This document shows, in pieces, positions 29,350 through 40,800 of a stretch of 53,886 nucleotides of DNA (position 1 is the first letter of the stretch; the number at the start of each line of letters is the position of its first letter). The notes under the pieces are model-generated. The model did not search any database. It was not told where the DNA came from and saw only the letters and a list, made by a program, of their open reading frames with translations. This DNA comes from an uncultured Clostridia bacterium (GTDB lineage Bacteria; Bacillota; Clostridia; TANB77; CAG-508), in assembly GCA_948664205.1 (NCBI GenBank), contig CAPNDH010000002.1, positions 1 through 53,886 on the forward strand. Direction: 5' to 3'. Made by a program: the position numbers and the translations under genes.

Positions 29350-29492
29350 GGGTAAATTCTTTTAAGTATTCCTTACGATGTAGCCCCATGGTTTTACTAA
29401 TGAATAATGAATAGTGAATAGTGAATAATGAATAATTTTTTCTTGTTAAGTATGTGACATCCATTTCAACATTCACTATTTATTATTAATTA
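29350..29492. repeat. Degenerate half S-element (29350-29386) plus inverted TGAATAG-type heptad arrays (29396-29437 / 29463-29492).
   Basis: GGGTAAATTCT...GTATTCCTTACGATGTAGCCCC resembles the S right arm. Heptad periodicity read directly. Confidence 0.5.
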
Positions 29493-29561
29493 TTCGCTAT
29501 AAAAAAGCACCCCATACATATATATGAAATGCTTTTCTATTTTATTCTTTCTTTGATTATT

Positions 29562-30716
29562 CTAATATAGTGCAAAATTTGAGTTGTCTTTTGTTATTCC
29601 TTCTCTAAGCTCTGCAACGTAAATCCTATTTTCGGAATCATATACTGCATGCATTAGTTCTTCAAACACATAGTTAGTAGTATTTTCAAGCTCTCGTGCA
29701 CCTGTTCCGTAATCTAAAGTGGCTTCTGCAACTTCTTTAAAAAAGTCAGGATAAACTTTGAGTTCTATTCCTAAGTTTCTAAGTCCTCTTTCATACATTC
29801 TAAATACAGAATCTTTTGATTCTTGCTGTATCCTTATTAAAGTTTCAGTAGTAATCGGATTTGTTACATAAATTTTATTAATTCTACCTACCAATTCAGG
29901 TATAAAACCATATTCTAACAAATCTTCCTTTGTATAAATACTCTTTTCAGGCGATAATATTTCTGATTCATCTTTTTTCGCTTCTACAAATCCTATAGTC
30001 TTTTTTCCTAACCTTTTTTCTTTTATGTCTTGTATCCCTGAGCATGCATCCATTAAAAAGATTTTTAAGTTTTTTGTTTCGAACTGGAATGTCTTCTTAT
30101 CAACTGTAATATTCATAGGTGACCCTGATAAAACAGGAAGTAAGGAGTCTAATACGCCTTCTCCACTAATGTCTCTACCATCATGCCCTTTTCCTCTACC
30201 TTTTGTTGTTTTCTTGCCAATTTCATCTATAACTAAAATTCCATTTTCTGCTTTTCGAAAATCTTTTCCTGCATTTTTGAATAGATTAGAAAGCATTGTG
30301 TTTACACTTTCTCCAACATAACCCTCCTGAGTGTACTGAGTTGCACTTTCAATGGTATATGCTAAACCCATTTCTTTGCAAAAAGTTTCCATTGTTAGTG
30401 TTTTTCCTGTTCCACTTCCACCTATTATTATATTTACACATCTAATGTTCATATAATATGCATTATAAAGCGAGGTTGCAACACTTTTAACTAATTGATC
30501 TTGCCCTACAACAACTTCTTTTACACAATCTTCAATATCACTAATCCGCGGAAGTGCTTCTTTCTCATCTAATGAGAAGGGAATATATCCTGATGATGGT
30601 GTATCTTCTCCAGAAGCTATTTGAGTCTCTTCTCTTAGTTCTTCTTCATCTGATTCATAAAATTCGTTTGGCATAGGTGGCTTTGTAAATGGGATTATGT
30701 TTTTGTTTTTTTGCAT
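29562..30716 (-). CDS. ClpX-like AAA+ ATPase lacking the N-terminal zinc-binding domain
   Basis: GGSGTGKT Walker A, LVIDEIGKK, GYVGES pore loop, RDISGEGVLDSLL, TIGF (IGF-loop-like), GFIPELVGR and GARELE. Acidic N-terminus instead of a C4 zinc finger. Confidence 0.75.
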   Translation of the reverse strand: MQKNKNIIPFTKPPMPNEFYESDEEELREETQIASGEDTPSSGYIPFSLDEKEALPRISDIEDCVKEVVVGQDQLVKSVATSLYNAYYMNIRCVNIIIGGSGTGKTLTMETFCKEMGLAYTIESATQYTQEGYVGESVNTMLSNLFKNAGKDFRKAENGILVIDEIGKKTTKGRGKGHDGRDISGEGVLDSLLPVLSGSPMNITVDKKTFQFETKNLKIFLMDACSGIQDIKEKRLGKKTIGFVEAKKDESEILSPEKSIYTKEDLLEYGFIPELVGRINKIYVTNPITTETLIRIQQESKDSVFRMYERGLRNLGIELKVYPDFFKEVAEATLDYGTGARELENTTNYVFEELMHAVYDSENRIYVAELREGITKDNSNFALY

Positions 30717-30756
30717 ATATATTCCTCCTTATTTAAAAAGAAATTTATTAGTTACA

Positions 30757-30806
30757 AAAAGTATAGACATATTATATAATCTTTTACATAATATGTCTAT
30801 ACTTTT
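30757..30806 (-). terminator. Perfect 19-bp hairpin between the GGDEF gene and the ClpX-like gene.
   Basis: AAAAGTATAGACATATTAT / ATAATATGTCTATACTTTT. Confidence 0.55.
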
Positions 30807-30816
30807 CTACAAATTT

Positions 30817-31743
30817 CTACTTTTTTCTTCTATCTATAACATATGTACTACCTTGTATTGTTTTTGCTAAATGTTTTACACTTGCTCCTGCTTCTGCTAT
30901 TTCTAGTACATTTTCAAACTTTCCATTTTCAACTTCTACTACTCCTATTGAAATTGAAGTAAGTGGGAATTGTTCTATTATTCCTCTTCTGTTTGCAACT
31001 TCTATATATCCTTTTGTAATATCTTCTTCATTATAATGTCTTTGCACATTAATATCAAAATCTGCTATTATATTTTGGCATATATTTTCTGTGTCTTTAT
31101 TAGATACTATTGCTATAAAATCGTCTCCTCCTATATGGCCTACAAAACTGTCTTCATATTCTTCTGTATGAACATTTTTTAGTATTACTTTTGCTGTAAA
31201 TTTTATTATTTCGTCGCCTTTCATAAAACCATATACATCATTATATGCTTTGAAATTATCTAAGTCAAAATATAGCATAGAAAATTTCTCTTTACTTAAA
31301 AACCTTTTCTTTATTTCTGCCTGTATTTGTACATTTCCAGGGAGACCTGTAAGTGGACTTACTCTTCTATTTATATATAAAAGCTTTAGCACATTTACAA
31401 TTGTATAATACAAATAATCTTCTTCTATTGGGTGTCTTATATAATGTGATATTCCTAATTCTAACATTTTAAGTTTATGTTCGTGTTCTTTGTTTGATGT
31501 AATTACTATTATTGGTGTTATGCTATTGTCTTCGTCATTTTTTATTTTTGTTGCTACTTCCATAGCATTTGAGTCGATGTTATCATCATTTATAATAATA
31601 AGAGATGGTATATTTTTTAATGCTATATCTAATTCTTTTTCTGTTACTTTTGTTATTTTATATTCTTTTTCTTCTTTAAAAATACTATTTAAACTTTCGT
31701 ATATTTTAGTATCATTATCTACTAAATAAATCTCTTGTATCAT
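30817..31743 (-). CDS. Response-regulator receiver plus GGDEF-type domain with a variant GGDDF site
   Basis: N-terminal REC-like fold (VDND...IIINDD...VITS). C-terminal LTGLPGN...DLDNFKAYNDVYGF..GD...HIGGDDF. Confidence 0.75.
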   Translation of the reverse strand: MIQEIYLVDNDTKIYESLNSIFKEEKEYKITKVTEKELDIALKNIPSLIIINDDNIDSNAMEVATKIKNDEDNSITPIIVITSNKEHEHKLKMLELGISHYIRHPIEEDYLYYTIVNVLKLLYINRRVSPLTGLPGNVQIQAEIKKRFLSKEKFSMLYFDLDNFKAYNDVYGFMKGDEIIKFTAKVILKNVHTEEYEDSFVGHIGGDDFIAIVSNKDTENICQNIIADFDINVQRHYNEEDITKGYIEVANRRGIIEQFPLTSISIGVVEVENGKFENVLEIAEAGASVKHLAKTIQGSTYVIDRRKK

Positions 31744-31763
31744 AATTTCTCCTCTTTTGTGTT

Positions 31764-32684
31764 TTATACTGTTGCATTTGCTGTTATTTGTTCTGATAGT
31801 CCGTTTACACTATATGCTGTTATTACTACTGTATTTTGACCTGGGTCAAGTTTTTGCCTTAATGATACTTCTTTCATATCAAGTGATGCTCCAGTGTTTT
31901 GCCAGTCTGTTGAATAAAATTTTCCATTTACTGTAAGTTCTATTTTCTTTATGTTTTCTTCATCTGTTACTAATATTACCAATTCGTCTCCTTCTTGTGA
32001 AACTTTTATTTCTGGCTTTTTAGCTCCTTTAAAGGTTTGCTGTTTAGTTTGTTCATTTCCTGCTGCATCTACTGCTATAACAGTTAATATATGTTCACCT
32101 TTTAATATAGAAATTTTTTCTTCTATTTGAGTTTTTGAGTCCTCCCTTACTTCTATTGTTGTATTATCTTCATCATCCCAACGATACATTATATATTTAA
32201 GCTGAGTTTCATCTTTTGCTACTATTTTTACTTTTGAGCCTTCTACTAAAAATTCTATTTCTGGATTTATTAGGTCATTATCTTCTTTAAAGAATTCTTT
32301 TTCATATGTGTATTCTTTATTATCTATATCTACTACCTTTACATATAAAGTGTTTGTTCCTACTGGTATGTCTATTTTTTCATTAATTACTGTTTGACCT
32401 CTTCCTTGAAGAGTGTGTTCTTCTTCTTCATTCCATGAATATACTATTTTATTTATTGTTTTGCTACTTGTAATATTTAATATTACTTTTCCGTTATCTT
32501 CTATCATTTGGACTGTTGGTTTTACTACTGTTTTATTTTTATTAGAAGATATTAAAGAAAATATACCTTTTCCTATTAATATAACGGCTAATATTAGCGT
32601 AATTATAACAAATATTTTTATAATTGTTTTTATATTTAATGGATTGCCTCTTTTTGGGTTATCCACGAATAAAATCTGATTCAT
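31764..32684 (-). CDS. N-terminally anchored membrane protein with three Ig-like repeats
   Basis: One TM helix, then three ~80-aa beta-rich repeats (..YSWNEEEE.., ..YRWDDEDN.., ..ELTVNGKFY..). Confidence 0.5.
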   Translation of the reverse strand: MNQILFVDNPKRGNPLNIKTIIKIFVIITLILAVILIGKGIFSLISSNKNKTVVKPTVQMIEDNGKVILNITSSKTINKIVYSWNEEEEHTLQGRGQTVINEKIDIPVGTNTLYVKVVDIDNKEYTYEKEFFKEDNDLINPEIEFLVEGSKVKIVAKDETQLKYIMYRWDDEDNTTIEVREDSKTQIEEKISILKGEHILTVIAVDAAGNEQTKQQTFKGAKKPEIKVSQEGDELVILVTDEENIKKIELTVNGKFYSTDWQNTGASLDMKEVSLRQKLDPGQNTVVITAYSVNGLSEQITANATV

Positions 32685-32813
32685 ATTTTCACCTCATATC
32701 ATACTTATATGATAGCACAAGCGATTTTTTTTGTAAAGAATTTTATGCTATTTTTATTAAGCAATATTTGGTATTTTGTTACAATTCAAATTTGTATAAT
32801 ATCTTATTTTACC

Positions 32814-32959
32814 GTAGGGGCTAAATCGGTTAGGAATACCCCTTTGAGAATACCGAATTTCGCCCTTAGACAATTTAAATATTGATATAAATTAAAATAT
32901 ATGTTTAGGGCGTAATTAGGTAAATTCTAACTAGTATTCCTTATCGATTAAGCCCCTAC
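32814..32959. repeat. S element copy S1 (146 nt, near-palindromic, GTAGGGGC...GCCCCTAC termini).
   Basis: ~85% identical to the reverse complement of 43038-43184. Half copies at 49647-49698, 50936-50986 and 29350-29386. Confidence 0.8.
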
Positions 32960-32996
32960 AATAATTTCAAATTACGAACTTTAAATTATCGCAAAA

Positions 32997-33048
32997 TGAC
33001 GCAAAAGAGACAGATGACGCATCGGAAAACGTCCCCAACGCGTCATCT
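32997..33048 (-). repeat. T-element copy T3, 6 nt after the stop of the 1,590-aa gene.
   Basis: GAGAC/GTCCC (G-U only in gene-sense RNA) and GATGACGC/GCGTCATC pairings. Confidence 0.6.
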
Positions 33049-33054
33049 TATTTT

Positions 33055-36000
33055 TTATTTTAGAACTTTCTTTTTAATAAAGATTATTCCTGTAATTAAT
33101 ATTGCACTTGCTAACAATGTTATTCCTGCTATTATGTAAGGCATTCCTGCGTTACCAAATGGTGGTAATATTTTAACAATTTCTGCTCTGTCTGCATCTA
33201 CTTCTGTTATATTTCCATTTGGGTTTTGGTTACCTACTACTGAGTATGCCATTCTTCTACCTACATTATTGCTTGTTTTTACAATTTCTACAACATTTCT
33301 GTATGTTAAGTCGTCTGTTTCGTTTTCTGAAGTGATTAATTGTGTTAATACTAAGTCATCACTAACTGTTGCTTTTGTTTTGTCATATTTTTCAGGTACT
33401 AATTCAGTTTTTGCAATATTTGAATTTTGGTTTGTTGTAATTACTGTGTTGTACTTTTTAACTTCATCAGTTAATTTGTTGTTTACTAATGTTTTTGTTT
33501 CTTCTCCATTTGCTAATAAAGTTTGTTCATCTATTACGCTCCAACTGTTATTATCTACTGCGTAGAATTGTAAGTTGTTTGCTACATAGTCAATTACTTG
33601 ATCAGCCTTCGTTTTTACAACTGTTCCTGGATCAGATACTATTCCCGTGTAGTAGAACATATTGTCTTTATAATCTACTTCTCCCTTATTAGTTACAGTT
33701 ACTTTGTACGAAATTTTAATTGTTGCACCATGCATTAATTCTTCATCCATAGACATTTGAATTAAACCATATTGTGCATCATATGCGTTTCTATCTCTTA
33801 CTGCTACCATTGGGTCATCTTTTAACATTAAATCTTCATTATAATATTTGAAGTCATGTTCTTTATGGTGTCTCCATAATACATTTGCCATTTTATCTGT
33901 TGCATCAAATAATGTTGATCCGTCTGCTAATGTTAATTTAATGTTTGTTACTTCTTTATTAACTGAAAGCTGAGCTTTTGGTCTTTCTTCTAGTCCTAAG
34001 TTTAAGTTTTGAATTTTATATGTTGTATTATTATATTTTTCTTCACCATAGTTTCCTTGCTCTCCAGTTCCTGTTCTGTCATATTCAACTTCTATGTCAA
34101 TTATACCTGTTTCAGCTGTCATTTGAGTTTTTGCCATTAACTCTGTTAGCATATTTTGTAGTTCTTCTCTTGAATAGTAAACTTTATTTCCTTTACTGTC
34201 TACAAATACAGCTGCCTTTTCATGTGATGCTAACACTCCTGCAATTCTATTTATAACTTCTTTATCTGAATATCCTATTACATCTTCTCTACTGTTTAAT
34301 GTAGCATTTTGTCTATAATATTGTGTATTTACATTGTTATCTGTCATAATGTCTTTTGCATCTGATATTTTAGAATTAGCATCTGATGCTGTAATGTTGT
34401 ATATATATGAGCATGAAGTATGGTTATTTGCATATGTAGAATAATCTGTTACTCCTGCTTGATATGTTGTTGTTTTGTAATCTTGACCATTATATGATTT
34501 TTCATTTTGTCCTTGCCATTCAGAAATTCCTGTAGATTCAGATACTTTTGGAAGTGCAGTTTTCACTGTATCTCCATAAATATATCTAACTATATAATTT
34601 CCTGTAGGATATGATTTAAATACATATTTTCCTATAGTATTATCTACTACATCTGGTATTAATGGTGTTCCACTTTCACCTATTAAATTAATAATTGGTT
34701 TATATGTTCCTTGACCAGATGAGAATCTTTCCCATACATATTCTGTTCCATTATTCATAAGTTCTACTAATTCTACAGTTAGTCCATTTATTGAAACTTC
34801 TTTTGAATTATCGTATATACCATCACCAACTGCTGTTACTTGTTCATTATTAATTACATTTCTTTCATCTTCCCAAATAATACCATCCATTGTTCTACAT
34901 ACTATTTCACCATTTTCTCTGTATATTATTAATCTGATATTTGGTGCTTTATCTGTATCGTCTTCAAAGTTATTGTAGTTAATATTTCCATCTTTTGGTA
35001 CATCATTTGGATTTATATTTCCTGGTACTGAGTCTCTATCGAATAAACCTGCAACTTTGTTTCCTGAAGTTTTTCCTACATTTGGTATATATGTTCCATC
35101 TCTATAATATGTTTTGAATCCATTTATTTCTGCAATGTTTTCTTTTCCTACTCCAATTGCTGTAGCTTTTTCTACTGTTTCATCAAGTCTTATCCAATCT
35201 TCACCGTTTACATTATCTTTCTTAACTTTAAATGTTAAGTAAATATATGCTGTTTGACCTGTAGTTAATTTTTGTCCTTGTAATCCTTGTACATATATTG
35301 CATCATAACCTGCTATATCAGTTGAATTAGAATTTCCATACATACTTGTGTATGATGCATTTACAGGATACTGACCTTTATTTTTTCCGTTTTTTATTTC
35401 AATATATGAACGGTCATTTACATATTCATAATCTTCATCAAAGTAGTCTACAACTTCTGTTATTTCACCTTGTATACTTTGTGATTGATTACGAACAGTT
35501 AGCTTGTATGTTACATATACATTTAATTCATCTGCTTTAGTTTTACCATATGCAGTTGCATTATTGCCATAGTTTGATGCTTTATATTGATAATCTGAAC
35601 CAAATATTTCTCTTGAATATTTAGTATTGTAATAGCTATCAGAAAGTCTTACATTTATATCCCAAGTTCCATGGTCTGTTTCATCTGCAAAACTTCTTGT
35701 GTCATAATCATATGTATGAACTTTTCCATTTATTTCTATTGTTGCTTTTTGTACGTCTTTTCTTAATGCCATATCAAATTGTTCTCTTCTATTTAATCCG
35801 AAATCAATTTGTAAGTGTGATGGATATAATGCTGGATAAAATACTCCTGCTACTGTTCTTGATTCTGTGCTTTCATTAAAGTTATCCCAAATTGGGTAAT
35901 TTACTCTTGTACCATTATATCCTGTGTATGAAGATATTCTACAGTCTTCTATAAATTGTAATTTACTTTTTGTAGTATTATTATTTCCAAATTTATTTAA

Positions 36001-37827
36001 TGTATTTGTATATGCTGTTTGATAGCTCTTAGTTTCTACTGCTTGCTCAGTTAAATAATCATATATTTCTTTAATACCATATGGTGTTTCTGAGCTTTCT
36101 TTTTCTATTATCCAAGCTGTGTTGCTAGAACCATTTGAATAATATAAACTTCTTCTTACTGTGTAATTTCCTGGTGCTGAACCAATTTGTGCGAAGTGAT
36201 TATTAAAGTTTACTCTTTCATTTGGGTCTTCTGTTCCATTATTTTTCAATCCTTCAAGTCTTTGTTCATTTGTTAATGTGTTGTCATATTTTGTTGCTTG
36301 ATATATTTGTCCATCATAAACAAATTCTATGTAGTATTTCCTTTGAGCATTTAAATTATTAAATTCATAGTATCCATCTTTATCTGTTACTGTTCTTGCT
36401 ACTTCTGTTCCACTTTGCTCATGTAATATAACTTCTACACCTGGTTTTACATTTTCGCTTTCATCTTTAATACCATTTGGTTCACTACGTTTACTTGAAT
36501 CTTCATCTTCCCATACACGACCTGCAAGTTTTATTTGTAAATTCTTTTCAGGTGGTGTAGTTGGCTTATTTGGTGGTATCCTTGTTGGTTCTTTATGTGC
36601 TGGTATTGGTATATCTAACGAAGAACTATTTAATTTTCTTTCTCCTTCTGCTGACATTAATCTTTGGCTTGGATCTGATGTTGCTATTATTTTCGCAGAC
36701 GCTACTTCACAATCCCAACAATTTACTGTTGTACTATGTGATTTTGTACAACCTGATGGACAATTTTTGCTATGTGAACCTTTTTTAGTATGTGTATGTG
36801 TAGGATGATCAAAAGTGTAGCTTGTTTCATACCTAGTTCCTTTATAATATGTAAGAGTTGCTGTTGCTTCCATCCATTGGAATTCAAAATGTACTTCGTT
36901 TATTTGTTCTTCCTTTTCAGATACATATTTTACATAGTACTCTTCTCCTGATTTTGGATAAGCCTGTGGGTTTCTATCAACCATTTCTACGCTATCTGGT
37001 GTAAAATATTTTGGAGTTATTTCAGTTCCACCTATTATAAATGATTTTATTTCTATTCGTCCACTTTCTGCTTCTATATATGCATTAGATATTCCTCCAA
37101 ATGCTATATTATCATATTGCCCATTACCATATTGTAAACCTGGAAATGGTCCAGCTATATATTCTTTTGGGTTTTGTGCAACACTTATTTTTACATTATC
37201 TGCGCTACCAGTTGGGTTAGCCATTTGGTTCATTTGGCCTGGGTTAAATTCTCCATATTTTGCGGCTTCTGCAAGAATTCCATCAGACCCTGCACTTGAT
37301 GGTGGTGTTGCTGAGTTGTTACTCATTGAGCTTCCCCACATTGCATATTGTTTTTCCTCTGACCAATCATTTACTCCTGGCGCTGGATATGTTACTATAT
37401 ATGCTTCTTCTGGAGTTGCCTCCCTTGTACCATCTATACTATAATATATTTTTGATTTTAATGGTACTCTGTTTTCTACATATACATGAGTCATACATGA
37501 TGCTTTATCATTTTTATGTGCTTCTATATCTGCTTCTAAGTCTTCATAGTAGTCACCTTCTAAGCTTACATGCCCACCTTTTTGTGCACAATATATTTGT
37601 GATATTCCACTTACTTCAAAGTGAATTGGTTCAAAACCTATTACTGTGCTTTGATCTGCTACAAATACTGAGCCTGGTGCTAAGCCTAAAACTTCTTCAC
37701 CTTCTGCTTTTTCAATTGATACATTCTTCATTAAGAAGTTAGGTATAGATTTGATTGCTAAAAATGCTACTATTGTAACTAATGTTATAAATACTAAATT
37801 AATTATTCTTTTTATATTTTTATTCAT
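33055..37827 (-). CDS. Giant surface protein (1,590 aa) with SdrD-B/Cna-B-type repeats and a C-terminal hydrophobic anchor
   Basis: N-terminal signal anchor. Cys cluster CPSGCTKSHSTTVNCWDC, a Pro-rich linker, a GRVWEDED...DGYYEFNNL prealbumin-like repeat, and a C-terminal LPPFGNAG + TM + KKK tail. Confidence 0.7.
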   Translation of the reverse strand: MNKNIKRIINLVFITLVTIVAFLAIKSIPNFLMKNVSIEKAEGEEVLGLAPGSVFVADQSTVIGFEPIHFEVSGISQIYCAQKGGHVSLEGDYYEDLEADIEAHKNDKASCMTHVYVENRVPLKSKIYYSIDGTREATPEEAYIVTYPAPGVNDWSEEKQYAMWGSSMSNNSATPPSSAGSDGILAEAAKYGEFNPGQMNQMANPTGSADNVKISVAQNPKEYIAGPFPGLQYGNGQYDNIAFGGISNAYIEAESGRIEIKSFIIGGTEITPKYFTPDSVEMVDRNPQAYPKSGEEYYVKYVSEKEEQINEVHFEFQWMEATATLTYYKGTRYETSYTFDHPTHTHTKKGSHSKNCPSGCTKSHSTTVNCWDCEVASAKIIATSDPSQRLMSAEGERKLNSSSLDIPIPAHKEPTRIPPNKPTTPPEKNLQIKLAGRVWEDEDSSKRSEPNGIKDESENVKPGVEVILHEQSGTEVARTVTDKDGYYEFNNLNAQRKYYIEFVYDGQIYQATKYDNTLTNEQRLEGLKNNGTEDPNERVNFNNHFAQIGSAPGNYTVRRSLYYSNGSSNTAWIIEKESSETPYGIKEIYDYLTEQAVETKSYQTAYTNTLNKFGNNNTTKSKLQFIEDCRISSYTGYNGTRVNYPIWDNFNESTESRTVAGVFYPALYPSHLQIDFGLNRREQFDMALRKDVQKATIEINGKVHTYDYDTRSFADETDHGTWDINVRLSDSYYNTKYSREIFGSDYQYKASNYGNNATAYGKTKADELNVYVTYKLTVRNQSQSIQGEITEVVDYFDEDYEYVNDRSYIEIKNGKNKGQYPVNASYTSMYGNSNSTDIAGYDAIYVQGLQGQKLTTGQTAYIYLTFKVKKDNVNGEDWIRLDETVEKATAIGVGKENIAEINGFKTYYRDGTYIPNVGKTSGNKVAGLFDRDSVPGNINPNDVPKDGNINYNNFEDDTDKAPNIRLIIYRENGEIVCRTMDGIIWEDERNVINNEQVTAVGDGIYDNSKEVSINGLTVELVELMNNGTEYVWERFSSGQGTYKPIINLIGESGTPLIPDVVDNTIGKYVFKSYPTGNYIVRYIYGDTVKTALPKVSESTGISEWQGQNEKSYNGQDYKTTTYQAGVTDYSTYANNHTSCSYIYNITASDANSKISDAKDIMTDNNVNTQYYRQNATLNSREDVIGYSDKEVINRIAGVLASHEKAAVFVDSKGNKVYYSREELQNMLTELMAKTQMTAETGIIDIEVEYDRTGTGEQGNYGEEKYNNTTYKIQNLNLGLEERPKAQLSVNKEVTNIKLTLADGSTLFDATDKMANVLWRHHKEHDFKYYNEDLMLKDDPMVAVRDRNAYDAQYGLIQMSMDEELMHGATIKISYKVTVTNKGEVDYKDNMFYYTGIVSDPGTVVKTKADQVIDYVANNLQFYAVDNNSWSVIDEQTLLANGEETKTLVNNKLTDEVKKYNTVITTNQNSNIAKTELVPEKYDKTKATVSDDLVLTQLITSENETDDLTYRNVVEIVKTSNNVGRRMAYSVVGNQNPNGNITEVDADRAEIVKILPPFGNAGMPYIIAGITLLASAILITGIIFIKKKVLK

Positions 37828-37843
37828 ATCTAATACCTCCTTC

Positions 37844-40800
37844 CTACATTCTTCTTAGTACAAATTTTCTTATATAGTAAATACTTACTCCTAATACTGT
37901 ACATATAATTACTGAAATTATTGCTGTATAAATTACCACATCACCTGTTTTTACACTTATTACAACATCTGCTGATGACATGTCGTCTTCACCATTTACT
38001 TTGTTTGCTGGTGTTGAGTCTATATCTGCTATGCCTTCTTCGTTGTATACTTCGTAAAGTTCTGCATTGTTATTTACTATTCCAACATTTTTATCTGTCA
38101 TTTTTCTTGTTAATGTTAATGTTAATTCTTTAGACTCACCACTTTCTAGTTTTATATTTGCTAAACTAGAATTATATAAGTCTCCATTTGTTGATTCATA
38201 CCAATCTCTATTTAATTCTGAATTGAATTTCATATCTTTTGGTATATAATCTACTACCTTTTTAACGTAGTTTGCTTTTGCCCCTTCATTTGTAACAACT
38301 ATTTTGTAATCTATTATAACTGTTGCATTTGAAAGTTCTTTTGCTGGAATTTCAACTTTTGCAAGTTTTGCATTTTCATAATCATAAGTTTTTACTGTAT
38401 TTCCATATGTTAGTGTTATTTTTGAAATATATTTATCTAATCTTAAATCTGATTTGTCTGATTCAAGTAGACCTATATCTATATTTCTTGCATTTTCTTT
38501 ATTAATTATTATTAAGTCTGATATTGCTACTGTTTGTTCTTTTCCGTTTATATTCATATTTGTATTTATAAAATCAGAGTTTACACTATTTTGTACTCCA
38601 TTTGCTCTATAACTTGTTAAATCATATTTTGCAGAATTATATACAAATACTACTATATATTCTCCTGATGGTAAGTTGATAAATCTATATTCTCCATTAG
38701 AACTTGTTTGTGTTACTTTATCTGCTTCCGAGTCAACATCTTTTACTATTTCATTTGTATTTTTATTTAGTAATCTAACTTCTATTCCAGGTAATGTTTG
38801 TTCTTCTTCATCTCTTTGTCCATTTTTATTAGTATCTAACCATGCTGTTCCTGAAATTATATATCTTCCTTCTTTTTGTGGTTTATCACTTGGTCCATCT
38901 ATTAAGTCATGTGCTTCTTTGTTATATTCAATACTTGCTTTTACACTATTTGATGTTATTTCTTCAAACATATCTCCTGAAATTACTGCATAATTCGTTA
39001 TTTCTTTTTCTGTAACTCCATCTGGTAATAGTTCTGCCTCCATTGTTACTGTAACAGTTATTTTTTCATTTGCTTGTAATGAATTTATTTTTGTTTCTAA
39101 AGTGTTTGCATTTGTTACATTTCTTGTTATATCTAATTCATATCCTGTTTTAACTATTTTAGCATTTACTACTTTCATTCCTTCTGGAATTATATTTTTA
39201 AAGTTAATGTTTTTTACATATACTTTGCTATTGTTTTCAATATCATATGTAAATGTTATTCTTTCTTTTTCTTTTACATATCCACTTGAAGGTGCATTTT
39301 GTTTGAACCCTAAATTTACTTTGCTTACTTCATTTTTTGTTATATTTGAGTAATGCATACCTGTATTATTTGCCTCACCTGCCATTGAAAATTCTATAAT
39401 TCCTTGTGCATCATTTACTTTTGCTACAATTATACATTCAATATAATTTCCTTTTGGAAGATTATTTATTGTGAATATAATGTCATTTCCTTCCATACGT
39501 TTTGAATATGTTATTTCATTGTTTGGTATAGTTCTTGCTTCTATTTTAGCATCTTTTATTTCTAAACCATTTGGCATCTTTGCTCTTAATACTAAATTTT
39601 CTAAATCTTGTGAACCATTTGCTTTTACTACTGCTGTATATTCAAGTTCATTACCTTTTACTAAAGTATATGAACTAAATTTATTTGCTCTTGTCTCAAT
39701 AGTCATATATCCTTCTTTGATATTTAGTTTATATTCATTAGATACTACTTCTTTTTGTAGTTTATCTGCCATAACTCTTACTTTATTATTAAGAGTTACT
39801 TCTGATTCAATTATTTCTTCTTCTAAAATATATAAATTGTTTCTATATTCTTCTATGTTTTCTATTCTTAATTCATATTCAATAGATTTAGTTTGACCAG
39901 CTGGTATTTTACCTACATTAATTGTTTTTTCTTGTGCATCACTTTCTTCATATCCAAAGAATAGTTCTTCTTCTTTGTATTCAGTATGTTTTGTAGTATA
40001 TTCATATACCAATTGCCCTTCAGGGTTTGCTATTTTACTTACATCTTCAGTAAAGAATACTTCTCCATTTTCCATATAAGTATATATTTTTCCATTTGGT
40101 GCAGTTATATTTAATTTTACATTTTCTGCATCAACTGTTCCTGTATTTTTTATGTTTGCTGTAAATTTTACATATTGTCCTTCTCTTACAATAGAGTTTT
40201 CTTCTGAAGTAGATTTTAATTCTACTTGTAATTCTGGTGCATCTCCAGTATATAATTTTACTTTGTTTGCTTTTGCTCTATCATTTATTATTTGTTCTTC
40301 TTTAACATTATCAAAATATACTGTATATAATGAATTTGTTTCTTCTGAATATCCTAAGTTTGCTGGAACTTGCACATCGTAATTAAATTTAACACTATCA
40401 CCTATGTTCATCTCATAATTATTTAATACTATTAGGTATGATTTAACCTTTGTATAATCTTGAACTTCAGCTTGCCATCCATTTTCTCTATTTTCTAAAT
40501 CTTGTGTTGCTGTTCCATTTTCTGAGTAATAAATGCTTACATTTTCAAATCCATTTGTATTTATAGGGCTTGTCATTGGTGCATCAAATGTGTTTTCTAA
40601 GCTTTCGTTTGAGTCTATATCGTTTGCACCTTGCATTAATGTTCTTCCTAAAATACGTACATTATTTATTTTATTGCTGTAATTATTTATTACTTGTATT
40701 TCTGCTTTTGCATTTTGTGCTACTGTTTGTACTTCAAGTACTGCTTCTTCATTTTCAGTTAATGCCATTAGGCTTGCACCTTTTGCATAGTTTTCTATTT